Source: Podospora anserina (taxonomy: Eukaryota). From it: a DNA stretch of 64,000 nucleotides. Location of the stretch: positions 248,001 through 312,000 of the forward strand of contig CM030332.1 of NCBI GenBank assembly GCA_017654855.1. Direction: 5' to 3'. How positions within the stretch are numbered: position 1 is the first letter of the stretch; every line of letters begins with the position of its first letter. Below the pieces are notes generated by a model. It did not search any database. It was not told where the DNA came from and saw only the letters and a program-made list of their open reading frames with translations. The position numbers were made by a program, and so were the translations under genes. Shown in pieces: positions 49,031 through 62,533 of the stretch.

Positions 49031-49976
49031 TTTGAGAGTTGGAAGTGAGCAAGTTGGTTGTGTCTGTTGGTGATGAGGATGGTAAAAGAAAACAGAGGTG
49101 TGGTGGGGGAACATGGCCTTCTTATAGACGGATCTCTTCCACGCTTTTCTCTCCTGAAGAGGTTGTTTGTCATGGATTCTCAGGGGATGCCCTGTTGACG
49201 CTTGGGGAGCTTCAATAGTGCCATGTAGCCTGTTCCTTTGTAAGGGTGTTGCATGAGGCTATCCAGGTGGCCTGCCTCACGAGTCCATTGTTTTGCACGC
49301 AATGCAATCCAGATCACGCCCAAGTTTGGTACGACATGCTCATTCGCACTTTGCCCTTGGCACTATGCTACATGTAGGAGTCCTGTTTTGGTTGGTAACT
49401 GGGCTAACCTTTGGCAAGACCGTCTGCTCTCGAAACTTGAATATGAGGCAGCTCCCAGCACAACTGGAGTCAGTCCAATACTGCTGCTAACGGATCACTC
49501 GAGCAACTTGACGGCGTCTCTCCGAGTGTTGCTCTGTTGTCTCATAGACTGTCCCTCAAAATGGTGAATGTGGTAGTCCCCCATACCTATGCGATAGTCT
49601 GACATACCTGTGTGGCCAAAACGCGGGGGTTGACCTCCTCTCAGTTCTAGCGTGACTTTGTCAGCTTCATGTTTAGACATCTCACCGTCGGGGAAAATGC
49701 AAGACAAGGATGGCAAAAGTCCGAACCTGTCACTCACAGAAATCTCTAGCTTGGAAACGTCTAGTGTCAGCCCTAGGAAGGCTCCCCGGACCAATTCAAG
49801 TGTGGCGGACATGTAAGTCACGATCCTACCCGTCAACTTGTAACTGACAGGTTCTAGTGGTCTTTTGAAAACCAAACAACCCGCCGCCACAATGACACAC
49901 CGAACGGCATTCAACTTCCACCGAGAACCCGAAGAGCATGAACAAAAATAGAAAACATTTGTCACCAAAGTCACTA

Positions 49977-51583
49977 CTACTCCTTTGTGATAGTAACCCT
50001 CGTATCAACCCTAATCCTGTCATCCGGCACCGCAGCCCCAGGACTTAACCTCCCCGTCCTGAGCATATAATCCATCCGAGCATCCTCCCCCGGCCGACTC
50101 CTGCTAACCGGAGACCTCGGGCTGACAGGACTAGAACTCAAGCTTTTCCCCCTCTCAACATCCACTGCCCACCCAGAATCCGTCCCATCCCTAATCTCCA
50201 CATACCGATCATGATTCCCCCTCACCCCCATTGCTCCCCCATCCACCACCCCAAGCCAATGTTTGCTGTTCCTCCTACTCCCTCCCTTTTCCTGAAAGTT
50301 CTCCGACTCCTCCCCCGACGACCCCAATCCCTGGAATCCATACTGCAAATCCGTCGGACTGGCCAACGGCCCCAAGTCATTCCGCACTCCCTTTGACGGC
50401 CTGCTTCCAATCGTAGGAGGCCCTCGTCCGTTGATCCGCCCCTCCGCGTAATTATAATACTGGTTGTTATCCCCCGCACTACTCTGCCCATTCGACGATC
50501 CCGATGCCCTCGAGCTGAGAAGCCCAGGGAAGAACTTGGCGATAAAAGGTTTCAACGTCATGACACAGGCGCAAACAATAGCACCGTTAACCTCAACCGC
50601 GGTAAGATAGCTGAGCTCGGCGGCGGCGTAGGTGAAATCAAGGTCGGTCTGAACCCGAATAAGCTGCATCAGTCGAAGGATAGAAATAAAACAGACCAAG
50701 AACCCAAAACCAAACACCCCCGACAATGCCAGCTTCTGACGGCGAGGGAGGCGGATGGACCAGACAACCGGCATGGGCAACAAAAAGATCAAAAAGTCAG
50801 TCACTATTTCCCCTTGTTAGCTGTCTCTCCCCGAGAAATGAACCCAAGGCAACAACAAACCCATATGCATCCCCGTATTGCTCCACCAAACACTCTGCGC
50901 ATGGCAGTACTTTTTCTCCACGGTAAAATCCCAATAGCTATTCAGCGGTAAACACGCCGTAAACGTCGCCAGCGCCATGAACAGGTGCGTGATGATCACA
51001 ATCCCGAGCAGGATCTGCCCCGCCAACCTCGCCCACTTAAAGGTGAACAAATGGATATACAGCAGCAGGATGCTGATTTTGGAGAAGCAAAGCGTGATGA
51101 GGTAGAACAAGATGCCATACCAGGCCGCCCGGCCCCAGGCAATCGCCGAGGGGGTATCGTTGGGGTCAAGATCCCAGACGTGCTGACCTGCACCGTGTGT
51201 TGCTTGTTCAATCACCCCTCCGCATGTTGCGCCAGCGAATATCTGATCATGGCCTTGTGTTAGAAAATGTAGCAAAATTCGCACAAAGCTAGACGTGAGA
51301 ATACCAAGGCAACAAGTATACTCCAGTCTGAGCCCCCAATCACTTTGATCAGGACCCCTCTAGTGTAAAATCGGAGGGCCACAAAAAGGGCTGCGATGAA
51401 CCAACATATCGAAGCCGAGGCAATGATATTGACCACAAGAGAGTCATGGGCTAGACCTGCAAAGTCGACTACTGGGGCCCCTGGCGGCGGCGGCGGCGGC
51501 GGTGGTGATGATGATGATGATGATGGCGGAGGTGGAGAATCTGATGAGGGGTTGGGTGGTAATGTGGTGGCGGTGTCAATCAT
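49977..51583 (-). CDS. PTH11-like (fungal rhodopsin-domain) integral membrane protein, second copy
   Basis: FVALRFYTR..SDWSILVAL, GAGQHVWD, SKISILLLY, C.PLNSYWD, TDFLIFLLPMP..LPRRQK, EVNGAIVCAC; two introns; N-terminal poly-P/poly-S from GGC/GAT repeats. Confidence 0.9.
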
Positions 51584-53335
51584 GGTGATTGGCGACTATG
51601 TATGGTAGCAATCGATCCAACTTTGTCCTGCTATACGCCCTGGACGCTCCAACATAGTGTTGCAACCATACACACTAGGAAAGCTTCAAGTCCCGACGGA
51701 GTGGTTTGACAGCTTCTTGGTTGACCTTAGCTCGTGGGGTAGGGTAGCCGGGGAGGGAACACAAAAACGAATGTCGGTTTAGAAAGAATGAAGCAAAAAA
51801 GGGTCTGAGCTGGGGTATATTTGGCTGCTATCTTAGCTTACTATATACCAGACACGGACACATGAACACGGCAGCGGGCTGGGAAACTTGTGCATCTGGG
51901 GTAATTAAAAGACGAGATGGAGGGTTGGGTATCCGAATATGCAGCTGCGGAATGAAGAGTCTGGGGTCGAGCAAGTAGAAGCGGGGCAGAGCAGGCATAC
52001 CGAGAGGTATCTGTCAAATGGCAGAGACGGGAACCGATGTGACGTTGTCTCGGTTGGGCCAAGAACTTCTTGGGGAGAGGAAGCTGAAGTTCGGTTCCGC
52101 CTGAAGATATAGCTTCGGCAATTCTTATGCTTGGGCAATAACGAAGATGCGCACGGACAGGGACGTACGGCGAGATGGTGGGTTGGGCATGTTGCATGGG
52201 GCAGCAGTTTGGTACTGTTGGTGCCTGTCAGCGCTGTCAGCAAACCCCGAACCAAGGTGTGAGGGATATCCAGATATGGAGGGACCGGATGGACGAGATT
52301 GGCGGCGGTGGAAGCATATGCGATCTCGAGATTGCAAAAAGTTCGGATGACACTTGAGCCAGCACAGAAGTGCAGGTTGGATCATGCGGCTAAGACATGA
52401 CATGCCGTTTCAACTGTTCAGGGCCAGGGAACAACGGGGGATCTGAGGGTCCGTTGCACAATCGACATTGCGAGGATCTCATCTGAAAGCGACGGGACAG
52501 GGTAACTTGATAGAATGAGGAATGGTGCATTTGGTGCATTGGCTGTGGCGCAAATATTGAGCAAGAGAAGATGGGAGGAAAGTTCCCTCGATGGGTGCCT
52601 GTGCGTGCAGACGAAATGCAACCCTGCAGCAACTGCCATCAGCAAAACAGCTTATTATGTGGGGACCACGGAAAGAGCACTGAATGAAGATGCATTGCTC
52701 TGTGTAATCAAAAGAGGCATTCTCAAACCAGACACACTCCGGGTCTTGTATCTGGCCGACCGGCCGGATAAATCAACAGAAGAAAGACTTGTCCCGGTAA
52801 CCACAATTGGGAGCTGTTGGTTGGTGGCTTCGTAATTGGCCTCCGCGATTGTAGCCATTGGAGGGGCAATTGCCGGCAGGCACTTTTCAATATGTTTTGA
52901 TTGCCGCCTGGTAGCGAGGATGATATGATATTAAACTGGAACTGCAAAAGAGATGGCGCACAGATGGGAACTTCATCAATAGTAGGTAGGGCCCTTGTAT
53001 TATTATGTCCAGATATTCAGGTTTTCTTACATTATTATGTTCCCGTATTCATCGCATTGGCCTTGAAGGAGAGGTACTGAGCATGATTCAAACAGGACTC
53101 GACAAGCGTAACCTATCAGTGATTGTTCAAAGCTCTGCAAGAGAAGAAAACCACAGCCAACAGAGATAAAGGTATTACTCGCTAGCCTACGTATATGTAC
53201 CTGCCTATGCTCTCTTGCATTTGCCGCCCTTTTATTTTGTACTGCCAGCTGCTTTCACCTCTGCTCAGCACAAAGAGACAGAATCTTGTTTACATGGCAA
53301 AACCTTAATCTAAAGATAACTCTTACAATCAACTC

Positions 53336-54131
53336 TCACACAATAACCCTCCTCTCACCTTCTTTGACGGGGTAAAACTGGCCAGCCTGCCCTCCAGGAT
53401 TAAACTCCAACCCCTCAAGCGCCATAATGTTGACAAACTCCTTGTCAAAGTTGTCCAGACAATACCTCGCAATCATGTCGATACCTATCCACAAAGGTTA
53501 GCCACCGTTATCAGTTCAGCACTGAGTTTGGAAACTTACCAGCCCCCGCCCCTCCCGCTGTCCAGAGCTCCCCCTTGCCATCCCCCCCCTCATAAGGCTT
53601 CTCATCCACCACCCACCTCTGGTAAACCCACTCGGTGCCGGGAAATCCCGCTCGCGCCACTGGCAAAAACTCCTTGTTGGTCGTCACCTTCTTTCCCTCC
53701 AACAACCCAGTCGAAGCCAGCCACAAGCTCCCAATGCAAGTCGTCATCCACACCCTCGTCTTGCCCCAGGCCTCCTTCATGAACCTGTCCGCTGCTTCAG
53801 GTCTATGGGTGGGCAGCGGGCCGCCAATGAGGATGATGTCAAGGTCCCTCGGACAGTCATCATAGGTCACATTGGGCAAGAATCTGAACCCGCCGATGGA
53901 GTTTGGCAGGGAGGCGTTGGGGGGCGTGGTGGTTGCCGGTTCGAGGGAGGAGGCGATGTAAAAGAACTCAATGTTCATTGCGTGAGGGGTAAAGACGCCA
54001 AACTTGGGGTCGAGAGGAAGGACCTGGTTCAAGTAGCTGGCCGAGAGGTTACCGAAGAGATCGATGCCCATGATGTCGGAGAGCTGGACTAGCTCGAGGA
54101 GGACGCCGATGCGGAGGGTTTTGGGGGACAT
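53336..54131 (-). CDS. DJ-1/PfpI (class I glutamine amidotransferase-like) family protein
   Basis: PNVTYDDCPRDLDIILIGGP, nucleophile elbow TTCIGSLWLA, GKKVTTN, RWVVD, LWTAGGAGA/GIDMI after one intron. Confidence 0.9.
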
Positions 54132-54614
54132 CTTGGTCTTGATGGAAGCGTTGATGTCGTTGGTGAAATGATTGAGTGACTGTGTGTTGATTAAGATACT
54201 CAAGCAAAAGAAAGGTGTGGATGGGGGACTTACTTATACCATCCTGGACTCAATTCCCTCCGTTGCTGGCCGGACCGAGCTCACCGCGCGGCGAATGAAC
54301 CTGTTGTGCTACGGACGTACCGCTGTCGGAGACTAACAGAGACCGTTACACCTGGCACCGGAGTCCGTTGCGAATTCTGAGGTGACCTACCGAGTGCACT
54401 CGGAGCCATCCAGTTGGCCCCGAGCCCAATCGGAGGTTACTTGCATCGTGCACGGCGCAGGTAGTCTTGACCTCTATTTAGGGCCACTCGCTCAACCCTA
54501 ACCCGACAGTAGCTAGAGCCGCACAAAGATGTAACCTTCCTGAACCGCAGACTCCACCACACACAACATGAAGATGGAGTCGTCAAAAATGGAGTTCCAA
54601 AAAGCAAGTCTAGA

Positions 54615-54686
54615 TGCCCACAGCCAGAATTGAACTGACGACCTTGTCATTACTAGTGACACGCTCTACCACTGAGCCATGCGGGC
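54615..54686 (-). tRNA. tRNA-Thr (anticodon AGT), intronless
   Basis: GCCCGCA/TGTGGGC acceptor stem; D-arm TGGCTCAGTGGTAGAGC; anticodon stem-loop TGTCA-CTAGTAA-TGACA; T-loop GTTCAATTC; downstream T-run. Confidence 0.96.
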
Positions 54687-55068
54687 TGATGATTGGTTGT
54701 TGTTGGTGATGTTGGCGGATGATGGGCTTCTGAAGGTGTTGGAATGGGATGTCAGTGTTTATGTAAAAGATAGGATGGGGAAATGGCAGCATTGGTGCTG
54801 CAAATTTGATAAGCCATTGGGCGAAATGCTCGAGTGACAAAAAGGCAATGGAAGGGGATTGAAGGGCATCATCAGGGTCCGTGCTGCTGCTCCTTTCAGC
54901 CTCAGTTCGCAAAGCAGCGGACACGTAAGCACGTGACTGCGCGACAGCCACCCGTTCAGGGGCGCGCTAAAGCTTAAGTGGAAAATGCATTTCTTCTGCT
55001 ACCTGTTTGCATCAAGTTGCGACGACATCCCATCTCATCAACCACGCAGCACCGAGAATCTGGAAGCC

Positions 55069-56318
55069 ATGGCTATTCTCCCATCTATTCCTGGTCTCAC
55101 CGTGACAGTGGAGGTGGCAGACAGACCCACGAAAGAATATGACGACCCCGACGCGGATTCCATGCAGATTGAGATGCAACGTGAAGAGTTTGATCACCAC
55201 GCCACCCCCGACCTTCCGCACGTCATCAAGTACATTGAAGCCAAACCTGGGGCCTTTTATCATTACCGAGTCAGCATTCAGCCTCGACGATTTCACTACG
55301 TATCCGATCATGTTGGCTTCACTGTCGTCAATGACGGCCGCGAGACAGGCATGATCCATTTAACATTTAATGATCGTGTCGAGAAACTCGGTCTCAGCCT
55401 CGTAGAGCGGACAGTGGGTTCGACGGTGTCACAAACTCGTGGGGGTAGCTACATCAATCGATTTTTTTGTTTTTCAGCTCTCAATGTTGGTAGGTTGACT
55501 TTCCGTGGGGGGTTCAGACGTTATGGGAAGATACTCACTAGGTAATAATGATGGCAGTCGAGTCGGACCAGTTCACGGCCGATCAAGTCAAAAAGCAGAC
55601 CGCTCGAGCGAAAGAGACCGGGGTTCTTAAAGTCCATTTGTATCACATGGACGTATCTGAAGGCTATAAGCCGCAAATAATCAGTGGTTCCGGCACCGAG
55701 AATGAAACGACAGTGACCATGGCCGAAAAAGCCCTCAAGCGCAGGGCTGTTGACTGCGTCACGAGGTTTGTCACATTTCTGCCATGACAACTGAACCCGA
55801 ATGACTTACAGCTGTTTCTAGCTCCGTCGTTCGCCCTCGGGCTGATCATCCTGGGTTGTATCCAACAGACAACTATCATGATCCGAAAAAACGCCCCTTT
55901 GCGGTTTTTGAGTTCCGTTATCGTTCGAAAGGTTAGTGCAAAACAAAGAGCCCGAGTCTGCAGCTAGCCTGTTGCTTACCAGATGTTTTTTCAGAGGGTC
56001 TCATCAAAGAAGGCATTATTCCGCGGCCAACGGTCTCCGGCGATGTCGAGGAGATGAGTGAAACAGAGGTTCGACGGAAGTTGGCAGAGCTTCTGGAGAA
56101 GCAAAAGGTGCGAATTTGAATGCGCTCAAATTTGACACTGATCAGGCGTAAAGCTGACAACAGAATAGTTTGGACCGGACACGAAGCCTGCGAGGCTCAA
56201 GCGCGAAGCTGACAGGATGGAAGTGGACGATTGGGCCCCAGATCCTGCCTTCGAGACTCGGTACAAAACTCGGAGATTATCCCATGGCCAGATGGAGATT
56301 GATCTCACCGAGGACTGA
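55069..56318 (+). CDS. Fungal protein of unknown function (DUF7918-like), intact copy
   Basis: MAILPSIPGLTVTV...EYDD, KYIEAKPG, RFFCFSAL, AEKALKRRAVD, PFAVFEFRYRS.EGLIKEGIIP, ends IDLTED*. Four introns splice in frame. Confidence 0.8.
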
Positions 56319-56705
56319 TGAGCTCGGCGAGGGAAATCCGTTGGGTGTTTTGGGACTGTGTATTTCCAGTGTGTCTTTTCCATGGGTGCATTATAATGGA
56401 CCGATACACCTATAAAAGGCGTTTGGGGGCTTCGGGAAAACCATGTCTTTGCTCTTGGGATGGTAATATCTTCGGTCATGAATAGCATGGACAGCTGCAA
56501 CATGGGTGCATGTAGAATATTCTTAATGTAATACTTTGTGATTTGATTTTGGGGCTGTCTACTTTCGCAACCGACTCAACGTATGGTGGCATCGGTCCTC
56601 TGGTGTGTTGACTAGGTAAATCAACAATGAGAGCAAAGAGATGACATAATCCTGGTTACTCCCATAATCTCTGTGTTAAAAGGTCACCATTGCCTCCTGG
56701 CCCCA

Positions 56706-58024
56706 TTAATCTGTGTCGCCGGTAAGGTCAACAAGCGTGTCTTCATCCTCGCTATCCCCTTCTGATTCCAGAATCTCTGTGCAGGACACTCGCCTGGTTC
56801 TCTTGTGTTGGTTCGTTTGGCATCGGCATGGGTCATTCTTGGAATCGTCGTCACTCTCGTCCCTCTCTCACTTGATTGTCTTGATGTCGCGAAGAGTCTC
56901 AATCTCCTCCTCTTGTTCCTAGGGGTTCAAACAACAGGGTTAGCGTCTGACATGATGATATGATATCCGTGTGGCTATGTGTTCTGATGGTAGCTTACCT
57001 TTTCGCGCTTCAAAGCCTTGAGTAGCGCCTCCTTCCTCTTCTCGTCACTCATCTGAGCAACTTGTTCTTCGAGGGAGGGCTCGGGAATGATACCTTCTTT
57101 GATGAGGCCGTCTGTTTATTGAATCAGCATCATAGTTGCAGACACCAGCACCGGCTTCGGTATCAGCTGAGAAATACTACCTACCCTTGAGACGATAGCG
57201 AAACTCGTATCGTGCAAAAGGTCGCTCCCAGGGGTCCACCATCACGCCGTCGCGTAATGTTATGCTAGTCCTTGGCCGGGATGGTACAGGTTTAAAGGTG
57301 ACCCAACAATTAAAGGCTTCGCCATCAAGCGCTTTGGTTGCGGCTTGTTGCGGGATGGTTTCTGATGGCAGTGAGGAAATACCAGTTGGCCCCTCAAACC
57401 GATTCTTTGCTCGTGACTCGATTGTTCCAATGTGGTTGAAGAATTCGACAATAAAGGTCCCATGTTTCTTGGTCTTTTTGGTTCCTTTTGTAGTCGTGTC
57501 GGAGCTTTCCGCTGCGATTACCATGCTGTTAGCATTTATGCAGCATCCGTCATGTGCCTGTTTACGGGTTACTTAGGTTTTATTTACTCACCCACGTCAA
57601 GATTGCCAAATGTAAACGACAGATGACGGTTGAGTCCTTTATCCCACAGCATATTGATTAACATCCCCGGCGGCGTGTTTGTCGGCACAGACGTAGGAGG
57701 TCAGGACTGATAGTGATCGTTGTACCAAACGCCTCCTCCGTGGACCTTCAATCGAGTGCCATCTACAAGAAGATGCGCTTTGACGTAGCTTGTAGACCAT
57801 TCGTACGTACGGTTCTTGTCCCCAGTGAAGCGATAACCCAAGCTGTTGAGTCGAAAGGCGAAGCTGGCGCCAGACTTGGCCTCAATATACTTGACAACGT
57901 GAGGGGTCCGTCATGTTTATGGTCACCCATCAGTTTCGGCGGGAGGGATCGGGTTGTACTCCGTGGCTGTCTCACCGTTGATTTCAACGGTGACGGAAAT
58001 ACCGAGGACGTCGATGATCGCCAT
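56706..58024 (-). pseudogene. Decayed paralog of the 55069-56318 gene
   Basis: MAIIDVLGISVTV..EY, KYIEAKSG, PFARYEFRYRLK/GLIKEGIIP, VDLTGD. Frameshift ~57900-57960; TGA at 57701-57703 and 56868-56870. Confidence 0.75.
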
Positions 58025-59384
58025 GATGGGGTCCTGGCGGTGGTGGAATATGGGCCAAAGCCAAGCAGTGAGAGTCGTTGAAAGCTGCGCCAAAGTGGCA
58101 GCTGTTTGGGGAAAAGAGGAGTCGGGAAGTGGAAGTGAGGAGGAAAATTGGTCTGGCGACGGGGAGAATATTTATCTCTCCTATTCTTTGTTTACCGCCC
58201 CACAACTCCGCTGGCGACAACAGATGAGATGGAAAGAGTAAATTCCAAGATAAAGCTCCTGAATCGAAAGGAAGGAGCGCAAGATTTGCCAAACACAAGC
58301 ACCTCCTCATCAGGCAGAATCCTAGATGAGATGACAAGGTTCATATCCAGGCAGAATCACACGAGAAACAACCAAGAAGTTCTGACCCGCCCCGCCTAGA
58401 CTTCCTACCATACACAAGATGAACGATAGTGTCCAAGCCTCCGTCCTCGAGCAGCCTGTTTTCTCAGTGTCTGGCTAGTCGAAGACGAACACAAATGAAG
58501 AAGTGATAGGGCCAAAATACTTTCCCCAATAGAAAGTAGTTCATCATCTCTGTCCCGATGACCACAGACAAATATCCATGGATTGTTGACCCCCATTATA
58601 TGGAACCAAAACGACATCCTGCCCATAGGGTAGGCCAGGTGGTACATATCTCTACACACTAACCTTCGTCACCGACCTGCTTGCGCCAACGCCCCCTGGA
58701 CTGAAGAGGACTTCCTCACAATTCGGAGCCGAGATTGTACTACGACCTCCAAACACTGGTTGGCAAGCGTATACAACGGTAAGATATCATTTGTGAAATG
58801 CACAAGCTGTATGAATTCGGGGATGAACAGAGAGGGTGATGATAGAATGGTAGATCAGACATTTGGCTCGTTGTGGGAGACTACTTCAAGCAACCTTTGA
58901 GCTGGAAACAATATGAATGGCACCATCGTGCTGATTTGGAATGTATGCTCTGATAATTTTACAGGATGAACAAGTGCAAATTCCATTAATCTGTATTGAC
59001 TTTCCTGCAACCAACACCATCCGCGAGTGACAAGTAGACGACATGAAGATCTTCACCAGCATAAAGTTCACATCCAGGTATTGGCAATTCCAATCCATCT
59101 CCCCGCTGGCCAGCACCAAAACCACACTGCTAACAATATATCCTTCACTGATGCCAGAGTTCCAAACCACTATCAAAGCCAATGCCCATATGCACGCGGC
59201 CGCAAAGCTGCCTGTTTGCTCCGCCGCTTGGCCACTCAAACCCCGAGACAGCTCCCATTTCAAGTTCGTGCAGGGCTCAATTAAAAGGCCGAGATGTAGT
59301 TGCCTCGGAGCTAGAGCTGTCGCTAGAGGATCTCGAGGCGAAGATGGGCGAATTTGGAGGAGTTGACTCGGCCTTTTGAGGGAA

Positions 59385-60187
59385 CTAGCGGGCGCCCGGG
59401 AGGATCGAGCCGAAAAGGGAAAACGCAGGAACGGGCCCCTGGTGAGAGAAGATCGATTTGAGTTCCTGTGAAGCAGCGCTGCTTGTGGAAGGTGCAGCGG
59501 AAGACGGCTCGGTCTTGATGACTGGGGCAGAACCGCGCTTGAAATCGTTGACCTGAGACTGCATCGGCGTAGGCTGGGGTAAATTGTTCATAGGGCGAAC
59601 TCTGAAAGACACGTCCCTGTTGATGAGAACCGAATTGCTGTCGTCCATTGACCCAAAACCAATGGGAGCATGAAAAATCAAAGAATGGTTCATACACACG
59701 CCGAGCTTGCCAAAGTCATCAGGAACTGGCTGAATGTTGAAATGGGCTCGACGTAATTTCTCGAAAATAGTTCGCTCGACCGAAGCCCAGTCCGCTTCTG
59801 CGCGCGCCCTTCTCAAGGCAGATGGAGTGAATGCATTGATGCTTGAGACAGACATTTTGACTTCATCACGGTCACGGTTGTACACTGTCTTTATGCGAAA
59901 ATTGCCGACAGAATGGGTGATGTGGTTTCCACCTCGATAGCGACCCTTGCGACGACCACGGCCGGCCGGCGGTTTGTACTCGGGCAGTGCGAAGAAGTTC
60001 TGTTCTTGCAGTCAGCAGGGCGTAGCTTCAGAGAAGCCGGGGTGCTCACCGGTTTGCCCTCGTCTTTGGGCTTCATCAAGGCTTTGGAGGTGGCCTTGGG
60101 GGGAGCCATTGGAATCTTCGACATGTCAAACTTTCCACCGGGCTCGCCCTTGATGTGGCCCCCTTCTTCCTTCTTAACGAACGACAT
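59385..60187 (-). CDS. Hypothetical protein
   Basis: MSFVKKEEGGHIKGEPG exon joined by a GTGAGC..CAG intron to NFFALPEYKPP...KTVYNRDRDEVK; 3' end uncertain. Confidence 0.5.
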
Positions 60188-60519
60188 GTTGATGTGGCTA
60201 TGCAATTGCCGTCCGGAAGGAGGATGATGAGCTGGGCAATCTGAAGGCCACAAGAGACTGAAGATGGTTCTGGAGAGGTCGAGAGGTTGAGGTCGGAACG
60301 CAATGCTGAGAGTGAAAGAAGACGCATGAAACCTTGCCGTTCAGTAGACTTTTGGAAGGCACGCGTGACACGGTGGGAGGTGGCTTGGCTCCTTCCTGGT
60401 GCGGAAGATGTCAGGCAGGATAACATGGCTTAACACGTCATCCCTTTGCAAGGCAAGAGCTTCGGGGTATTGGCTGGCCTGGATGAAAATGAATTTCTGT
60501 GGTGGTTAAAAATGTTGTC

Positions 60520-62533
60520 TCAAAGACCGCTGTCTATTCCCTTCTTGTATGCAGCCAATGTCCTTTCTCTTGCACCTTTATGGTCAACAATGTGCTTCGG
60601 ATACCCTGCCTTGATAGCCAAGGCGGCAGCCCCTCGCCCATATGGGTCGTGGATTGCCTTGCCCTTGACCTCCTTCAGCTCTGGAACCCACTTGCGAATA
60701 TACTCTCCATCAGGGTCAAACTTCTCACTCTGCAGCAGGGGGTTGAAGATGCGGAAGTATGGCTGCGGGTCCACGCCCACTGATGCCGAAAACCCCCATC
60801 CTCCGTTATTGCTCGCAAAATCGCCGTCGACAAGATGCTCCATAAAGTACTTCTCCCCCATCCTCCAGTCAAGAAGCAGGTCCTTGCACAGAAAGGAAGC
60901 AACAATCATCCGGCAGCGGTTGTGCACCCAACCCATGGAACGGAGCTGGCGCATGGCGGCGTCGACGATGGGAAATCCGGTACGTCCTTCTTTCCAAGCG
61001 TCAAAGTGCTCCATGTTGTAGGACCACTCAATGTTGGCGTACTCTGGTTTGAAGGGCTTGTTCATGCTGCGTATGGCTTGTCAGAAGAGAACTAGATCAC
61101 TAACAGAGAGCGACTCACCAGATATACGGCCATTGGACTAGCACATGCTTGTAAAAGTCCCTCCACGCAACCTCCCTGATCCAAGTCTGGATCCCCTCGT
61201 TCCCTCCGTCGAGTTTTTTCGTATTGTTACGACCACGGGCTGTCCGAACAGCTGTCCTCGCGCTGAGTGTGCCACTGGCAAAGTGAACAGAAAGGCTGGA
61301 GGTGCCGGGGTTGGAAGGGATGTTTCGGTTTTGTTGGTACTTCCCAATGGCTTGGTCTGCAAACTTGGACAACCGTTTCATTGCCTCGTGCTCCCCAGCC
61401 GGCCATAAAGCCCGAAACCGTTCCCGATCCTCCTTGCTCAGGGTCTTGTTTTCTGGTGCTGAGGGTATTGGACACTCGAAGAGATGAGCAAGCTTTTGTC
61501 TCGTGGACTCGGGATTCTTCGTTGGGGATTCGACCAGCTCCAACAAGTCTAGATTCTCGTGAACGTGTCGAACCCAAGTCCTGAACCAGGGTGTGTACAC
61601 TGCATATTGCCCACCGCTTCCACTTGTCAGCCTTCCCGGCGGCACAATACAGGTATCATGCAACACATCCATGACAAGCCCCCTTTTTGCCAGCAGTCTC
61701 GCCATCCTGGCGTCCCTTCTCAGCTCGTCCACTTCGTACTCCATGTTGGCAAATAAGTGACTAGCTCCCCATTCGCCCATCAGCTCCACAATCCTGCTTG
61801 GTATCTCCTTTCTCTTCTTCACAGTCTCGACCCAGAGAGGGATATCCAGCGCCGCAAGGTCCTTCTTCAAGATTTCCAGTGTCCGCAGCATAAAGTCCAC
61901 CCTCACAGGAGCAGTCAAGTGTGCCTCAAAGTCTTGCGGACTGAGGATGTACAGCGCAATGAGTGGCACGCCAGCAGCCTGAGCCTTTTGACTGGCACAA
62001 AACAGAGCCGTGTTGTCTGTTGTTCTCAAGTCCATCTTGAACCAGTGCACCACCGCCCCTGCAACTGGCGTGTTGGCTCTGTGTTCAGCTGTATCTGCCT
62101 GTGCAGCCTTTAGCAGCTCGATAGGTCGGGGCAACTCATTGTTGTTGTATGCCCTGGCACGCGCAGTGGACATTTCGTGAGGGTAGTACTTCCGGAGGAC
62201 GATGCCATGTTTTTCGGCATCTTGGTGGAAGGGGTGCGGCTCTCGCAAGGGGTCTGACGACAGAGATGGTTCGGAAGGGGGTTCGGCGAGGACGGTCTTG
62301 CGCTTCTTCTCTGGAGGCGGTTGGTCAGGGTCGGGCTTGATGAACCCGTTGGTACCATTCAACGTGCCATTAGTGCTTGGCGCACCGTTGGCGGAGGGCT
62401 TTCGTTTGGGATATCTACTAGCCGGCATGATGGTGAAGTTGAGAGCTGGCTGACAGTAGTGGGAGTGTAGGTGGAGAGTGGACAGAGATGCAATACCTTG
62501 CGAGAGTTTACAAGCACGAAGTAGGAGAAACAT
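60520..62533 (-). CDS. phr1: Class I CPD DNA photolyase
   Basis: VHWFKMDLRTTDNTAL, YAVYTPW, TSSLSVHF, WIREVAWRDFY, GRTGFPIVDAAMRQL..GWVHNRCRM, DFASNNGGW, YFRIFNP. Intron 61067-61118. In-frame starts at 62533 and 62428. Confidence 0.95.

Noticed and set aside
59277..59387. In-frame S/P-rich extension after the TAG of the 59385-60187 gene (read-through or stop-loss editing)
   Set aside because: The extension is short and low-complexity, the gene model itself is uncertain, and there is no conservation evidence.
12595..62533. Functional clustering (XLF with photolyase; RTC1 with UVRAG)
   Set aside because: The genes are far apart and interspersed with unrelated genes; no evidence of co-regulation.
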